A DNA stretch of 54,186 bases, the filler included, from Jimgerdemannia flammicorona (taxonomy: Eukaryota): assembly GCA_003990765.1 (NCBI GenBank). It is 2 parts of 2 records of this genome, joined end to end, with 100 filler letters (N's around TTAATTAATTAA, not from the genome) between each part and the next. Parts side by side here need not be neighbours in the genome. Positions count along the whole stretch, not along the records: positions 1 to 27,047 come from RBNJ01000668.1; 1 more part is not named here. One strand, given 5' to 3'. This document shows positions 1 through 15,837 of this stretch, one piece after another. Both the position numbers and the translations under genes were made by a program. The notes beneath the pieces are model-generated. The model saw nothing but the letters and a program-made list of their open reading frames with translations. It was not told the DNA's origin and made no database searches. Every line of letters begins with the position of its first letter. Within the stretch, counting starts at the first letter, position 1.

Positions 1-461
1 AAAAAAAAAAAAAAAAAAAAAAAAGGCATGGAGTTGGCAGAGGGAGTGTGCAAAATTTGTGGCCCTCCACTGGCAGCAAAGGGCAGCCTCAAGCCACAAG
101 TGTCTGGGATGAGCAGGGCAGGCAGAGGGAGTGCACAAAATTTGCAGCCCTCTGTCAGCAGCATAGGGGCAGCTCCAAGCTGCCAAGGAGTCCAGGGCGG
201 AGGGTGCTTCTGGCAGTCAGAGGGCATTTCCAGCAGTCAGAGTCACCGGTTCGGGTCTCACGGGCACCCCGGCCCTGCGCCATGGCACTGCACTGGTGGC
301 ACTACAGAGCAGAGCAGAGGGGCTGGTAGGGCCCTCCATAATGGTTAAGTTAGTGCTATATAAGAGGCACCTGGCCCACATAAGACTGCCCAACCTGCAC
401 AAAATAGCTACCTAACCTGCACAAAATGGCTGCCTAACCCTCGCAAAAGATTGCCTAACCC

Positions 462-2549
462 TCACAAAAACTGCTCCACCCGCCAGTCCCAGGCCTTGAT
501 GAGCCTATCATCCATTGTGAGTGTGACAACTGTTGTGTCTGAGCTCTCCTCAAAGGCGACAGTGCCGTGGTGGTCATGTGTTTGGAATAAGATGGCCATG
601 TTGGCTGCAAATGGGACCCCAAAACTGTAGATAAGGTCATACCAGAATCCGCCGCTGTCCTCCCAGGTTGGGCCCTTCCTTTCCGGGATGTAAAACATTA
701 CTGGGATGATATTGTTGTCTGTGTGTGTGGGCAGAGAAAGGTTGCACCTGATGTATTCTGATGTGACGTGAGCATACAGTTGGGTCAACCCTTGGCCCAG
801 GACCTCATACTTCCAGGCTGTGCTGGTGGACACCTGCCCTTGGTCCAGCCCCAGGAGCCCCAGCTTGGAAACTTGCTGAAATAGATGGCAACCAGTCAGT
901 CCTTTTTGCATACAGGGGGGCAGAAACCCCCCAGACTGCAGCACCCCGAAAAAGCAGAGCTCCTCACCTCATATGGCATGCTAAATTGCACCAAGAATGT
1001 ATGTACAGCCATGCCAAGATCACCACCAAGCTGGCCTGCTGTACACTCTACCAATCTGCTCAAAGAACCCCAGATCATAGCCACCATTGCGGCATAGGCC
1101 ATGTCATGCTCGTGCACAGTTTGCTCTTCGATGGCACTTCTAAAGTTCCAGTAGGGGTACAGAATCTTGTGCATCCCTAGAATTGTATCAAAAAGAGTAT
1201 ATCAGCGAAGAGTGTGATTTATCTGAGGAGGGGTTAAAAAAAAAGGGAGATGAGTGCAGGGGATTTCGGAACTCTGGAACCCACCCTTCGCCAGTGTTGC
1301 AGTATACCCAATTTCCATCCAAAACCCCCCTCCTTGCTTTTTTTGCCCCCTCTTTCCTGCCACCTGGTATTTGATGTAATCCTCGCAAATCTCGTTGATG
1401 TGGCAGTAAAGCTCATCACTGTAGAGGTTCCTTACCACCATCACAACCACCTCTCCACATTTGTTAATAAAGATATAATTCTCTTCATTGTTGGTTACTC
1501 CTGCTGGCCAGTGGACCCCTTGGTTGAATACAATTGGCTCTGATTCGAATGTAGACCCCCAAGCCTTGATGATGATGCTGGTACTGCTCATGCTGAACAT
1601 CTTGCCCTTGAATTTCTCTATTTGATCAGATGCTGGATGTGGTTGAACTTGGGTAACTTTGAACTCTCCTTTCCAATGGAACTGAGCCCTGATCTGAGGG
1701 ACCGAGATAAGTATGTGGACAGATTATGTGCAGATGGGTTGCATGTGGGCGGGTTGCGTGCGGGCAGGTTGTGTGCGAGTGGGTTGCATGCAGGCAGGTT
1801 GTGGGCAGGTTGCATGCAGGTGGGTTGCATGCAGGCAGGTTGTGTATGGGCGGGTTGCATGTGGGTGGGTTGTGTGCAGGTGTGGGTGTTTTTTAGGGGG
1901 AGACCATGTAAAAATGAAATTAAATAAAACATAGGGATGGGTATTTTAGGAAAAGAGCATAAGTGAGTGAGTGAGTAAGCTGCATGCTGACAAGTTGCAT
2001 GCCGACAAGTTGCACACTGACGAGTTGTGCAAGTTGCACAAGATTGCTCACAAAGGCTTGCTTCTGTTCCTTTTGAGACCTCTGCCATATGATGCATTGA
2101 CTCAACAGCTCAGCCACCAAAGGTATGCCCTGCAATGTCTGCCAGCCTTTCTTCATCTTGACCAGATGTTGCGAATAAAGTCAGCAGATCTCACCATAGA
2201 GCTGTGGACCCTAAGAAAAGCATGAGGTAAATTGGGTCATGCTGGGGAAGTTTAAATAAACACAAGTAAACAAGTGGTGGCCAAGTGAGCAACCTACATC
2301 TACTATCGGCTGCTCCAAAAAGTCTGCCACATACATAGCTGTGAGGTCTGTGAATTCTGGGGTCTGAAGGGCCGCCATAAGTTGTTGCCAGAATTCTCCC
2401 TTATCTCCGCCATCACCATCACCATTGCCACTGCCATTGCTCCTTTGGCTCTTGATGAGTAGCTTGTGTGCTGTCCATATGAGAAAGAATCTAACATTGT
2501 CAGCAGAGAGTGTGTTTCCACCTCGAATACTCCCTCTTTTGACAATCAT
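462..2549 (-). pseudogene. 5-exon gene (about 480 aa) with a C-terminal 2OG-Fe(II) dioxygenase-like HxD...H domain, possibly TET/JBP-like; one in-frame TGA
   Basis: Exons 2549-2298, 2210-2052, 1693-1285, 1176-968 and 875-462 join in frame through GT-AG introns. Last exon reads NLSLPTHTDNN...SGGFW...AILFQTHDHHGT. Single premature TGA at 2183-2181 (likely from CGA). Confidence 0.5.
1725..2045. repeat. Low-complexity tandem repeats (about 15-20-bp GGGTTGCATG(C/T) units) inside an intron of the dioxygenase-like gene
   Basis: Repeated ggttgcatg/ggttgtgtg and gacaagttgca units between acceptor 1694 and donor 2051. Confidence 0.75.
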
Positions 2550-2775
2550 TGCAAGGTGAAAAATGAGTAGACTGGACCAAAATATAAATTAAGGGCTGCT
2601 GTTTTGTTTGCTCGTGATGCAGTAGGAAAGAACAAAAAAAAAGAACAAAGAAAAAGAATAAAGAAAAGAACAAAAGAAGAGAGGGAGCAAAAGGAAAGAG
2701 TGATGTCACCAAAGTCCAATAGAAAAAAAAAAACAAGAGCAAAATGAATAAAAGAAAGGGTGATATCACCAAAGA

Positions 2776-3011
2776 TTTCAATCCAGATGGATCAATCCGG
2801 ATGGACCAATCCAGATGGATCAATCCAGATGGACCAATCTGGATGGACCAATCCAGATCAATCCAGATGGATCAATCTGGATGGATCAATCCAGATCAAT
2901 CTGGATCAATCTGGATCAGATCACAAGACCAATCCAAGTTGATTTGAATCCATCATATGATGAATCTGAATCAAATCTCATCCGGATCAACTCCATCCGT
3001 TCAGAGCACTA
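2776..3011 (-). mobile_element. Terminus of a hAT-like DNA transposon (TIR plus subterminal repeats)
   Basis: Array of (GG)ATCAATCC(A)GAT repeats ends in CAGAGCACTA, whose reverse complement TAGTGCTCTG equals the first 10 nt of the right TIR of the hAT ending at 24686. The other end is not in the window. Confidence 0.6.
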
Positions 3012-3699
3012 TAAAGGACCAACTTAATAATATCTGCTTAGAAATAAATAAAGACCCAAATACTTTCTATACCTAAATCTATTATCAGGTAATTTGAATG
3101 ATTTTTTTTTTTTTTTTTTTTTTTCAGTTTCAAGATTAAGTAGATAAGAGATCAACTGTTTTTCAAGAGACTGAAACCACCCTTCAGATTCATCACTATT
3201 TGGGGTTTCTCTGATAGTAACCTGACTTTATTTACAGAATATATTTTTAAAAAATAATACTATCACTGTTAGCATATTAGCTGGTACTTGATAGGTATGA
3301 TATGTTGCTTGTTGTATGAACTCCTATATTTGTTATAATAGGTATGAACTCTAGTATTACTCAAGGTATAAACTCATTATATGAACTGCAGACTTGCTTA
3401 GTTGTCCATATTGCTCTGATCATTCTTGGGCAGATGATATATGAGTGATACCATGTGCATGCTGTGTCTTCATTTTTTTTTTTTTTTTTTTTTTAAAAAA
3501 AAAGCTACAATAGGGGGTCTTGGGATGGGATAGGATTGGGGTGGGGGTGGTCAAGGACACACCCAATTATATTCCACCTCCCTGGAGTAGTATATGTTTG
3601 TAAAGAATATATGTGTTGTAAAGAGAGCCCCCTGATATCCTTCTCTCAGTGAATTACCACAGGCACCATACACTTTGGCAGAACTGATAATTTGACTGA

Positions 3700-5150
3700 T
3701 TGTACTAATACTATTAGAAATCAAGTAGCTAAGACAATCTATATAAAAGAAATTTATCTCAAGATATCTATAGCAATCTGATCAATATTAATAGTTCTGA
3801 ACTTAGTATAGAAGATTAATTATGCTTACAAATATTGAATAGCCATACATCCTCAAGACTATATAATAGAGAGTATCATTAGAGTCATAATTGAAGTATT
3901 CAAGATAACTATATAATCTCTATAACTATAATCAATTGAAACACATCTTAACTAAAAGCTATAGAGTCGTAAAGGAACAGTAAACCTATTGAGAAACTTG
4001 TGAAGAAGTTTGTCAAAATAACTATCTATCTGGGAGATATAGTAAAGAAAAGGAAAGGAAGAGATTATTACTCAGTTCAGAAGTTTGCAGTAACTATTGA
4101 TAAGAAGAGAGAAATCTACTATACTATAGAGAAGAAGACCACTACTTCTATAAATATATGAGTGAGACCAAGTGCAAGACCCAGCTGAGCAATGCTACTA
4201 AGAACTATAAATAGACCAATACTATCACCTTTGAAGAGATTGGAGATTCAGAAGAGAAGCAAGAATAGAAAGCTTATCTAACCCTTACCTCTAAGAAGAA
4301 TATCTCTCAGAAATCTATAAAAGACCCTCAGAAAGCCTTAAGAAGAAAGCAGTAGAGTAGTCTATAGAAGAATAGACAGAGATATCTACAGATATTAAAA
4401 CTACTACTATAGAAATAGAACAAGATATAGAGCTTAAATAAGTAGTTAAAGATATTATCTGAGACAATACTCTTGCTATTGAAGGAGAAAAGAAGAAGAA
4501 GCTGTAAAAGAGTAAGATCTTTAAGTATGATATCTTTAAGGATCTCAGTTAGTAAAAAGTCAATGTAATCTTTGAACAGTTAACAGAAATCCCCACCATT
4601 AGATAGCAAATGAGACTGAAACTTACAAAAATAGTTAAAGATCAAAAATAAAAGATATTTGAGATCAATAATATATAGAAGATTTTAGGTAAAAAAAGTG
4701 AAGAAGATATATAACTATAAGACCTCTGTCAATGCTATCTATCAGATTAAGGACAGGATCTTTGAAGTCATTATTGATACTGAAGAAGGAGAATATCTTC
4801 TAAGTAAAAAATCTATAGACTGCCTAGATTGGAAAATTAAAGAAGCTATAAAATTGATATTTATTACAGCAGATAAAACAAGAGCCACCTTACCGGAAAA
4901 GATTCAGGATATTCTCATCAAGTTTGAAGGAGTAACTATTTTTAGTAAATATAATCATCACAAATATCAGCAACCATGATATTCTCATTAGCAACTAATA
5001 GTCTTATAAGACCAAGGCTATAATTGATATAAACTCATACAAGATACAGATTGTCTACTGAGGATGAAAGATATAAATCTTCATCAATATTAACAAAGAA
5101 ATACTTCCAGAGATAGTGAAAAAAGACAGTGAGCAAGAATATATCTATAT
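3700..5150 (+). mobile_element. Degenerate Ty3/Gypsy gag-protease relic
   Basis: Decayed zinc-knuckle-like segment near 4115-4150; protease-like VIIDTEEG...IFITADK in ORF 4698-4979; many stops. Confidence 0.55.
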
Positions 5151-5689
5151 AGTGACTTATAATAATATATATATTATAGAGAACAATTATACTTATTAAA
5201 GTATAAGAGTGATTTAATATAGTTAAAACAGATGAAATCTGAGACTTAGACTATATACATATTAGCAAATATCTAAATAGAAATATATAACTAAATATAT
5301 AGATTAGAACTTGAGAAGTTCAATTTCCTTTAGGAGATTTGAGTAAATATATAGTAACTAACTAGTCTGAGCTTTATTGAAGTATTTCAAAGAGATATTT
5401 ATATAAGAGAAATAGAAGAAAGAAGAAACAGATAGAATATTACTAAGCTAGATATTAATTAATAAGTCATACTTGGTAGAACTTAGTAGAACATTATATA
5501 GAGTTACTAAGTATTAATTAGTAATTAATAAAAACATAATAGAACTATTTAGAAAACAGATTATTAGTAAATGACTAAGTAATTATATATTATTCTAAGC
5601 TATTCTGGAATATTCTACTAAATAATATAATAAAGAAAAAGGTGATAATTTGGTAATAAGAAAATATTGTTCTCAATATTCATATTCAT

Positions 5690-8600
5690 AGAGAGTATTC
5701 TTGAGATTTTCAATAGATTCTCAAGTATTGATATACTCAGGATAGCTTATCCATTTGATAAGATACTCAGTATAATTATAATATATATATTTGTCAAAAC
5801 TTTTCTCAAATTTATACTCAATATAACTATCAACTAAAAGAGTTACTATATAATAGCTGAGAAGTCTGATTTGAGTACTTGTATAGACTATTATAGTATA
5901 GCTTGAGCAGAGAGATATAGAAGATAGAATATGTATAGATAGTCTATAGTAGCATTAACTTGTATGCTTTATTACATATCTCATAGAGACTAATATATTT
6001 TACTTGAAATTTCTTAGAAGAGTAGTTGACTTGAGATACCAGATTGAGATTTGTAGTAGATAAGAGTACTTGATTACCAATCTTAAATTTGATCTTCTGT
6101 CTCCTAGTATTGACATATTTGGCTTGTTGTATCTGGGCCTTAAGCAAGTTATCTTTAGTAACTTAAATTATTATGATTATATCATTAATGAGATCTTAGG
6201 TAGCAAAAACTTTAAAGAGTTCTTTCTCAACTTGAGTAAGTAGGTTTGATGGAGTTTGTACATCTTGATCATATAGTGACTTGAAAGGTATATATAAACT
6301 CTATTGAGGCTTATACTGAGTTATTATAGACAAACTCTACAAAGATAAGATACTATTTCCAGTTGTTTTATTTATAGAAAATATAGTTTATTAGTATCTG
6401 TTTAAGAGTCTGGTTTGCTTGCACAGTTTGAGCATTAGTTTGTAAGTAATATACTATACTTAGAGCTTATTAGAATTCAAGTATCTTAAATAACATCTAT
6501 TAGAAATTATTTAGAAATTTGAGATCTCTATCACTAATTATAAAAGATCATAATTTTGAAAGATTGTCTTAAAGAATGTTTGGACATTATCTGTAGTAGT
6601 AGTATTGGTCTTAATTGGCTCCAACTTGATGGTCTTTATGAGGCAGTCAATGAAGATGATGATAGCGTCACTTTCTTGAGATATTTTGGACAGTTTAATA
6701 ATAAAGTTCATTATAACTTACTTCTATTTAAGAACTATAATAGGTTAGAGTAGACCATATGGCTGTAATCTTTATGTTTTTTTTTTTTTTTTGGCAGTAA
6801 TCATAGATAGATATACATATATTCCTTAATGTCTTAATCCATCTCAGACTAGCAAAAATAATAATAGATATTATAGATAGTTTTCTAATATCCCATATAA
6901 CCAGTAAGAGAAGAGTTATGATTTTTCTTGAGAATCTTAAAGTGAAGGTTATTGGAGTTTGGGATATACATTTTGTCATTCTTATATATAATTCTATTAG
7001 TAATCTTATATTTATCTAGTAGGCTTATAAGGATTTTTTTTGTGACTAGATTCTGGTAGTATCTTTCTTTTAGTTTATCCAAAAGAGTCTTATCTAGGAT
7101 TATCTTAATGGTGCTAATATTGGGCCTTTATAATAAGGCCTCAGCTACTATATTTGACTTATCTGGCTTATAGTTAATCCTGGTATTGAAAGTATATATA
7201 TACTTGATATATTTTATCTAATTTGGAAATAAACATAGACTCAAGTTAAGATAATTAAGTGACTTATAATTAGTGATGATATCAAAGTCTTGGCTTTTAA
7301 GATAGTACTGCCAATTTCATAGGGCCTCATAGATAGTTAGGAGTTCAATTTCATAGATAGTATATTTTTATTCAGTCTCATTCAATTTTTGTAAAGATTA
7401 TATAACTGGCTGAGGTCTTTTGCTTATATATTGAGACAGTACTATATCAATTATATATTCCAATTCATCTGTAGTAACTTTGAACTACAGAGCTGGGTCT
7501 GGGTTATATAGAGTTGGTATAATTATTAGTTTTGTCTTTAGATTTTGGAATACCTCTTGACAAGCAGAGGTCTATTGAAATGGATTACTGATCTTCAACA
7601 ATTTAGTCATAGGCTTGGTATTATAAGAGTAATCTTCAATAAATTTCAAATAGTTTTAGAAAAGTTTAAATATTATAGATCTTTACTGAAATAGTCCAAT
7701 CTGAGACTGCTTGAATCTTCTTGGAATTAGGCTAAATACTATTAGCTAAGATAATATGACCAAGATATGTATTCTATCTTTTTCTTAAAGAATTTGCATT
7801 TACTAAGCTTACAGTAAAGCTTATTTTCTTATAATTCTTAAATACTTGTTGGACGTGCTTAAAGTATTCTCTTTCTGATATATTAAATATCAGAATGTCA
7901 TCTAGATAGATGATGATAAAGATATTAAGATATGGTTGCAGAATATCTTATATCAACCTTTGAAAGATTGGTGGTATATTAGTAAGACTGAAGAATATGA
8001 TCAAGAATTCTCACAAACTATAGTATATCTTGAAAGCAGTTTTGAGAACATCTTCTTCCTTGATACAGATGTGATGATAACCAGTACAAAGGTTTAATTT
8101 GGAAAAGACATTAGCATATAGGAGTCTGTCCAATATTTTATCTATTCTTGGTAATGGATACTAGTTCTTGACTATAATTTTATTAAGGGTATAGTAGTTA
8201 ATACATTCAAATAGTGCTATTCTTTTTCTTAATAAAAAGAATAGATTCATTATAAGGTAATTTGCTTGATTGAATGTATCCTTAAGCTACTAGTCTTCTG
8301 GTTCCTTCTGAAGGAGTTCTAGTTCAAATTGTAATATAGAATATAAGAACTTATTTGGAGGTTTAGAGCTTAAGAGAATTTCAATTTTATGTTCTATACT
8401 CTTTTTGGATAGTAGTCCTATAGATAGGTCATTCAGAAAAATGTCCTTGAATTCTTGAACCAGAGGTTGGACTATCTTTGAGAGATTTTTTTCTATTTCT
8501 GATTTTGAGAGTTATATAATTACGAAGAATACTTACTTGTACTTTTTGAAAAGCTTCTTGAATTGAATTATAGATATAGTTTCTACTAGTACTTTTATAG

Positions 8601-8750
8601 GTTTTTTTACTTCTAGTATAACCTTCTTTTCTTCTATATTTAGCATGAGCTTATTTTCTCTCTAATTAATATTACAAAAATCACAGGAGATATCTGGGTG
8701 ATCTGAGTATATTTGAATATAAATTTCATAGTTATATATAGTAACTCCTG
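5690..8750 (-). mobile_element. Degenerate chromovirus-type Ty3/Gypsy pol (RT-RNaseH-IN-chromodomain)
   Basis: Minus-strand IIYLDDILIF (RT, about 7890-7920); integrase-tail FKIGNQVLLST (ORF 5944-6147); chromodomain EYLIKWISYPEYINT*ESIENL (about 5700-5770). Confidence 0.8.
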
Positions 8751-8751
8751 C

Positions 8752-9965
8752 TGTCCTGAGCTCTCTCCCACAGCTTCCTGTCCATGTGGATATATTCTTA
8801 TCCACAATCTCCAAATGAGTCAACTCCTCATACCTCTTCCAGGTCTTTGCTCTCTGCTTGACTGTGTCACTCAACTCTTCTAAAGCCTCCAATAGATCCT
8901 TCTCCTCTTCCTCACTCCTTTTCACCCTTGACACCTTACAGATGAAGGCCCCACACATCTGTACCAAAGGCCAGTCACTTGACTTCCTAGTAGTCCCTCT
9001 CCCAGCCAGTCTAATTCTGACATCAATGTCCTCTATCCTGAAGATAGTCCCCTCCCATATCTGGAATCCTGTATCAACCACATTGCCATATTCTGCCATT
9101 ACCTCCTCAATCTTCCTCCTAGTTTCTATCTTCATCACTATAGATACTCTCTTCACTAGTAGCTGAACCACTCTAGGATCCTATCTCAGACAGCATACCA
9201 TAGAGACTACTACTTCTCCAATAATGACACCTGCCTTCAATACTTCCTCTAGTGGGCCAGTGGGCCTGCCTCCTCAAAGCCTACCTCAATCCCTTCCAGA
9301 TCCTTCAGGAACTTCACTGAGATAGTCTCAGCCACCTGCTTAGAGATAAGCCCCAGAACCATCCTTACTATCACTGCTAAGATCTAGAAGTACAAGGTTA
9401 CTGTAAACTCCAAGATTGATTTTATGAGTAATAATGCTACCACTAGCCCCATCACACTATTTGCCAGGTCCCCCTTCCTCTTTAGGCCCATCTGCCCAGC
9501 CCTACCATCAACTATCACATCTGGATTTTTTTCTAGATTCCTAGTCATACCAGTATCAGCAGTCTCCTCTCTACTTCTAGCTGCTATTCTACTAGCCCTC
9601 CCATCCACTGGCTGAGGTCCAGCACCTCCCACTCACCTTCCCTCTGCTTTTTCTTCCCTTCTGCCTGCCTGCTATGAGCACCAGCAGGCCATCCTCCAGT
9701 CTTCAGCATATCTGTAAAGCTCCTCTTCCTCTGCCCTCCTGCTCCTCCTCCAGTGCTGCCACTACTTTCAGAACTGCCCTGCCCACTCAGATCACCCAAA
9801 GAACCCATCCCTAGTCCATAACCTCACCCAATATGTTGTCAGTCAAAGGCTCCAGGTCTACCCGGCCTAGTATATATATCAGCTTACTTGTTGGTTGCCA
9901 TGACCTTAGTATCTTTCTCTAATAAATGGTTCAAAAGTGTGTTTTGAAGTTTGTATTACATGAAT
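8752..9965 (-). mobile_element. LINE 5' fragment (5'UTR plus N-terminal ORF1), relative of the 13871 element
   Basis: ORFs 8662-9171 and 9384-9632 align with LINE ORF1 (NLEKNPD, GFQIWEGT, EEEKDLLEALEEL). Confidence 0.8.
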
Positions 9966-10079
9966 AATAGGGGAGAAAGATGTAGTTGTCTGGTACAGAT
10001 GTCAAAGTTCCCAGTCCTAAAGCCAAAGATTATAGAAGTCAAGAAATTTGAGGAATAGAGAGAGAAATAAAATGATTTG

Positions 10080-12530
<2,451 letters not shown>

Positions 12531-12559
12531 ATTAATGTAGCTTACTAAGAAGAGGTGAA

Positions 12560-13190
12560 TAATTTAGATGACTTGGATAATTCAGATAACTCAGATAGCT
12601 CAGATGTCATGGATTCTTTCTGAATCAGCAGGCTTCTTGAATAATAACTCAGATTCTTGATAAAGTTATATCAAAGACTGGCTTCATTTATACAAACAGA
12701 TTACTGTGAAGTTATATCTAATAGACTGGCTTATGGCAAGATTCCTTAAGAGCTCTCTGGGAATACTGTAAATAACTCAGAAATGGCAGATGATATGGCA
12801 TTCTTTCTGAATTGGCAGACTTCTTAAATGGCAGTGAAGTTCTTCACTCGAACTTGGGTGGCAAATCTTCAGGCTTATCTGGTATAAAAAATATAACAGA
12901 CTCTTCTTTGTATCAAAAAGTAGACCAGAGTGAGAATAAGGGGACCAATGCTCAATCTTAAGAGGCTTCTTTGGTTTGTATTTCAATTTAGACTGAGGTT
13001 TATTCTCTCTTATCTCTGGGTTATTTTATATATTATGATTGCTATCTGGTTGCTATTTGGAGAATTATAAATTTACTTTTTCTAGTAATATTTGAGTGTA
13101 TCAATAAGACATAAGTGTGTCCACAGGATATGAGTGTGTCTGCAGGACATGAGTGTATCTGCCAGACACAGGTGTGTCTTTAGGACATAG
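12560..13190 (-). mobile_element. LTR-like relic
   Basis: Minus-strand TATAAAATAACC...GAGAATAAACCTCAGTC resembles the TATA/polyA block of the Gypsy LTR at 35352-35391. Confidence 0.4.
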
Positions 13191-13948
13191 ATAAACAACT
13201 CTGATTCAGTATTCTGACTAATTATAAGTATAATATGTATAAGTAACTATACTATACTAGGAGTTTATATTATCTAGCTATATTATACTATTTGCTTGTT
13301 ATGTATAATACAAATCATACAATATAAGAAGATACAACTTATGGAAGCTTTGGAGTTTAAGTGAATAGAATATTTCACCTATTTAGGAGAAAGATGTAAT
13401 AATTGCTCCAAATTAGAAATATGAATTAAGAGAATAGATATTTGATTATAGTATCTAAATATGATTTCTAAATATAATATAGACTTATAAATAGCAGTTA
13501 TTTTACAAATGTAGAAACTTTAACAAATATTAAAGTTTTGATAAATATTAAAGTTTTTACAAATATTAAGATTTAACCAATATCAAGGATTAATACTTAA
13601 TAACTCATAAAAATATAATTATAATTTAGCCACCTTATAGCTAGTAAACTTATATAAATATTTCCAGTCTCTAGAGTGAATAAACTTCAGAATAAAATAG
13701 TTTCAAACAAAGAAAAGCAAGAGAACTAGTAAGCCTGTAGGCAGATATACTTCAAACTCATACACCCCTATATCATAAGGACTCTATAGAGTCAAAGAAG
13801 ATTAAGGTTTTAAGATATAGAAATCTGATATACTTATATAGTTATATATCTACTATACTATAATAGATATCTTTCACCAGTAAAATTCTGATGACACAAG
13901 ACTCAGACAAAACTTTTACAATGTTTTTGGTGATAGACGATAGTTGAT

Positions 13949-15837
13949 ATGGATGGCAATGATCGAACTAGTGAGCATGCTGGCCAGGGGGAAGGTGGTG
14001 CCTTTGGCTGGTAGGAGGTGGAGAGGAGGGGAGATGGTTTAGGGATGCCAGGGGCCTCAATGGCCAGCTGAGGTACTAGCAGTAGAGGGAGGAGTGGCCT
14101 GAGGCAGCAAGGAGGGGAGAGGTTGACCTTTGCTAATAAGGTCAAGATGGTTGGCTGGACCTGGGGAAGGTGTCGATGACTGCTGCTGGGGATCAGGGAG
14201 GAGTGCCCAGGGGAGTGTCTGGTGGTAGGGGAGGGGGGGGAGTAGGGGCTGGTGATGTGACTGTTGATGGGGCTGTAACTGGGAATCTGGCAAAAAATCC
14301 AGATATGACAGAGGTTGCTGGTTCAGGAAGAGTGGGCACAAGGATCAGGAACTTGGCTGATGGGGTGATGGGCATGGTGTCAGTACCATTACTCAAGAAA
14401 TCAAGGTCAGAATTTGCCATCACACTGTGTTTCAGGGGCTTGGTGGTGACTGTGAGGATGATCTTGGGGCTGGTGGTGCAGGAGGCAAAAGGGGTAGTAT
14501 TAGTGAAGTTTTTGAGGGAGAAAGAAGGAGTTGAGGTGGGGTTTAAGGAAGAAGAAGTGTTGCTGGCTGCCATGGAGAAGGGGGTTGTGGTGGGCAGGGT
14601 TGTGGTCCCGATGGCCAGGTGTATGCACTGGGACCCACACGTAGTACAGTTGATAGTACTGAATCTTCTTATGGTATTGAGGGAGAGGGCTAGAGAGTTG
14701 ATTGTGGAGGCAGTCAAGGAGTATGAGGAGATTGTGGATATTGGGTTTAAAGTCTGGGAGGGTACAGAGGTCTGGACTAGTGATGTCGATGTCTGGGTGA
14801 GGCTGGCTGGAAAGAAGAACACAGGGAAGATGAGGGACTGGCCAGCAACTCTGAGGTGGGGACCAGTAGAGTGTAAGGTCACGAGGGTGAAGGGGACCCA
14901 GAAAGAGGAGGAGGACTTGCTTGAGGCTCTGGAGGATCTTGAAGGAGTGGTCAAGAGGCAGAGGTTGGCTTGGATGGAGTATGAGCCCAGGACGGTGGTG
15001 AAAGTTGTTGATGGGAAGAGGGTCAGGATAAATTGGGTGACCTGAGAGAAGATGTAGGGGAGGAAAGTCCAGAAGGAGCTGCTGGCAAAGTTGGGTGGCA
15101 GTGGGGTAGGTGGCAGCACAGGGGATGGGAAAGCAGGATTGTGGGAGAGTGCCTGGACCAGGGGAAGCAGGATGGCCCAAGGTTGGGCACAGGATAGATT
15201 GAGAGAGGAGAGGGGTGGTGGTGTGGAGGCTGATGCTGAAATGGGTGAAGAAGTATGCCCTCAGTATAGTGTCCTGGGTGGGGCAGTGGGGGAGGAAGAG
15301 TTACTGGATATACTAGATGAGGAGTGGGATGAGTCAGTGAGGAGGAGCACTTTGGTAGACCCAGAGGTAGGGGGTGGTCAGATCACCCAGAGTATGGTGG
15401 AGATGGTGGATGAGGAGAAGTGGCTGTGGAAGATGCTAGAAGGGGTGGCAGCAGAGAAGCTGGGGGGAGAGGACTTCCAGGTTATGGAAGAGAGGCACTG
15501 GGAGGAAATCCTTTGGGGAGAGGAGGTGCTGAGGAAGGTGCCAAATGAGATTCTAGCAGTTCTTTTGGAATCAGTTGAATATCAAGTCAATGATCAGAGA
15601 GAGGAGGAACTTAGGGGGATTGCGAATGACTGGGCAGCATACTTGTGGAACTCAAGGAAGGGATTGGAGAAGTGGCAAGTGGTCTGCACAGATTACCAGT
15701 CGGAGATAGAGGTGGTGGATGGGGTGGAATGTTAGGAAATCTTGGAGGCATTGGATGCTTAGGTTATTGTGGAGGATGACTTGGAAGCAGAGTGGTGCTT
15801 GGATCTAGCTGGGGATGAGATGAGTAAGGAATACTAG
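13949..15837 (+). pseudogene. LINE ORF1 (disrupted)
   Basis: Collinear ORF fragments 14170-15045 and 15091-15735 separated by C-to-T-type stops; homologous to 51490-53405. Confidence 0.75.

Noticed and set aside
410..465. CCTAACCCT telomere-like words
   Set aside because: Isolated copies within short tandem repeats, not an array.
14193..15119. 308-aa antisense ORF over LINE ORF1 (and similar antisense ORFs elsewhere)
   Set aside because: Ser/Thr/Pro-rich shadow frames caused by the purine bias of the sense strand.
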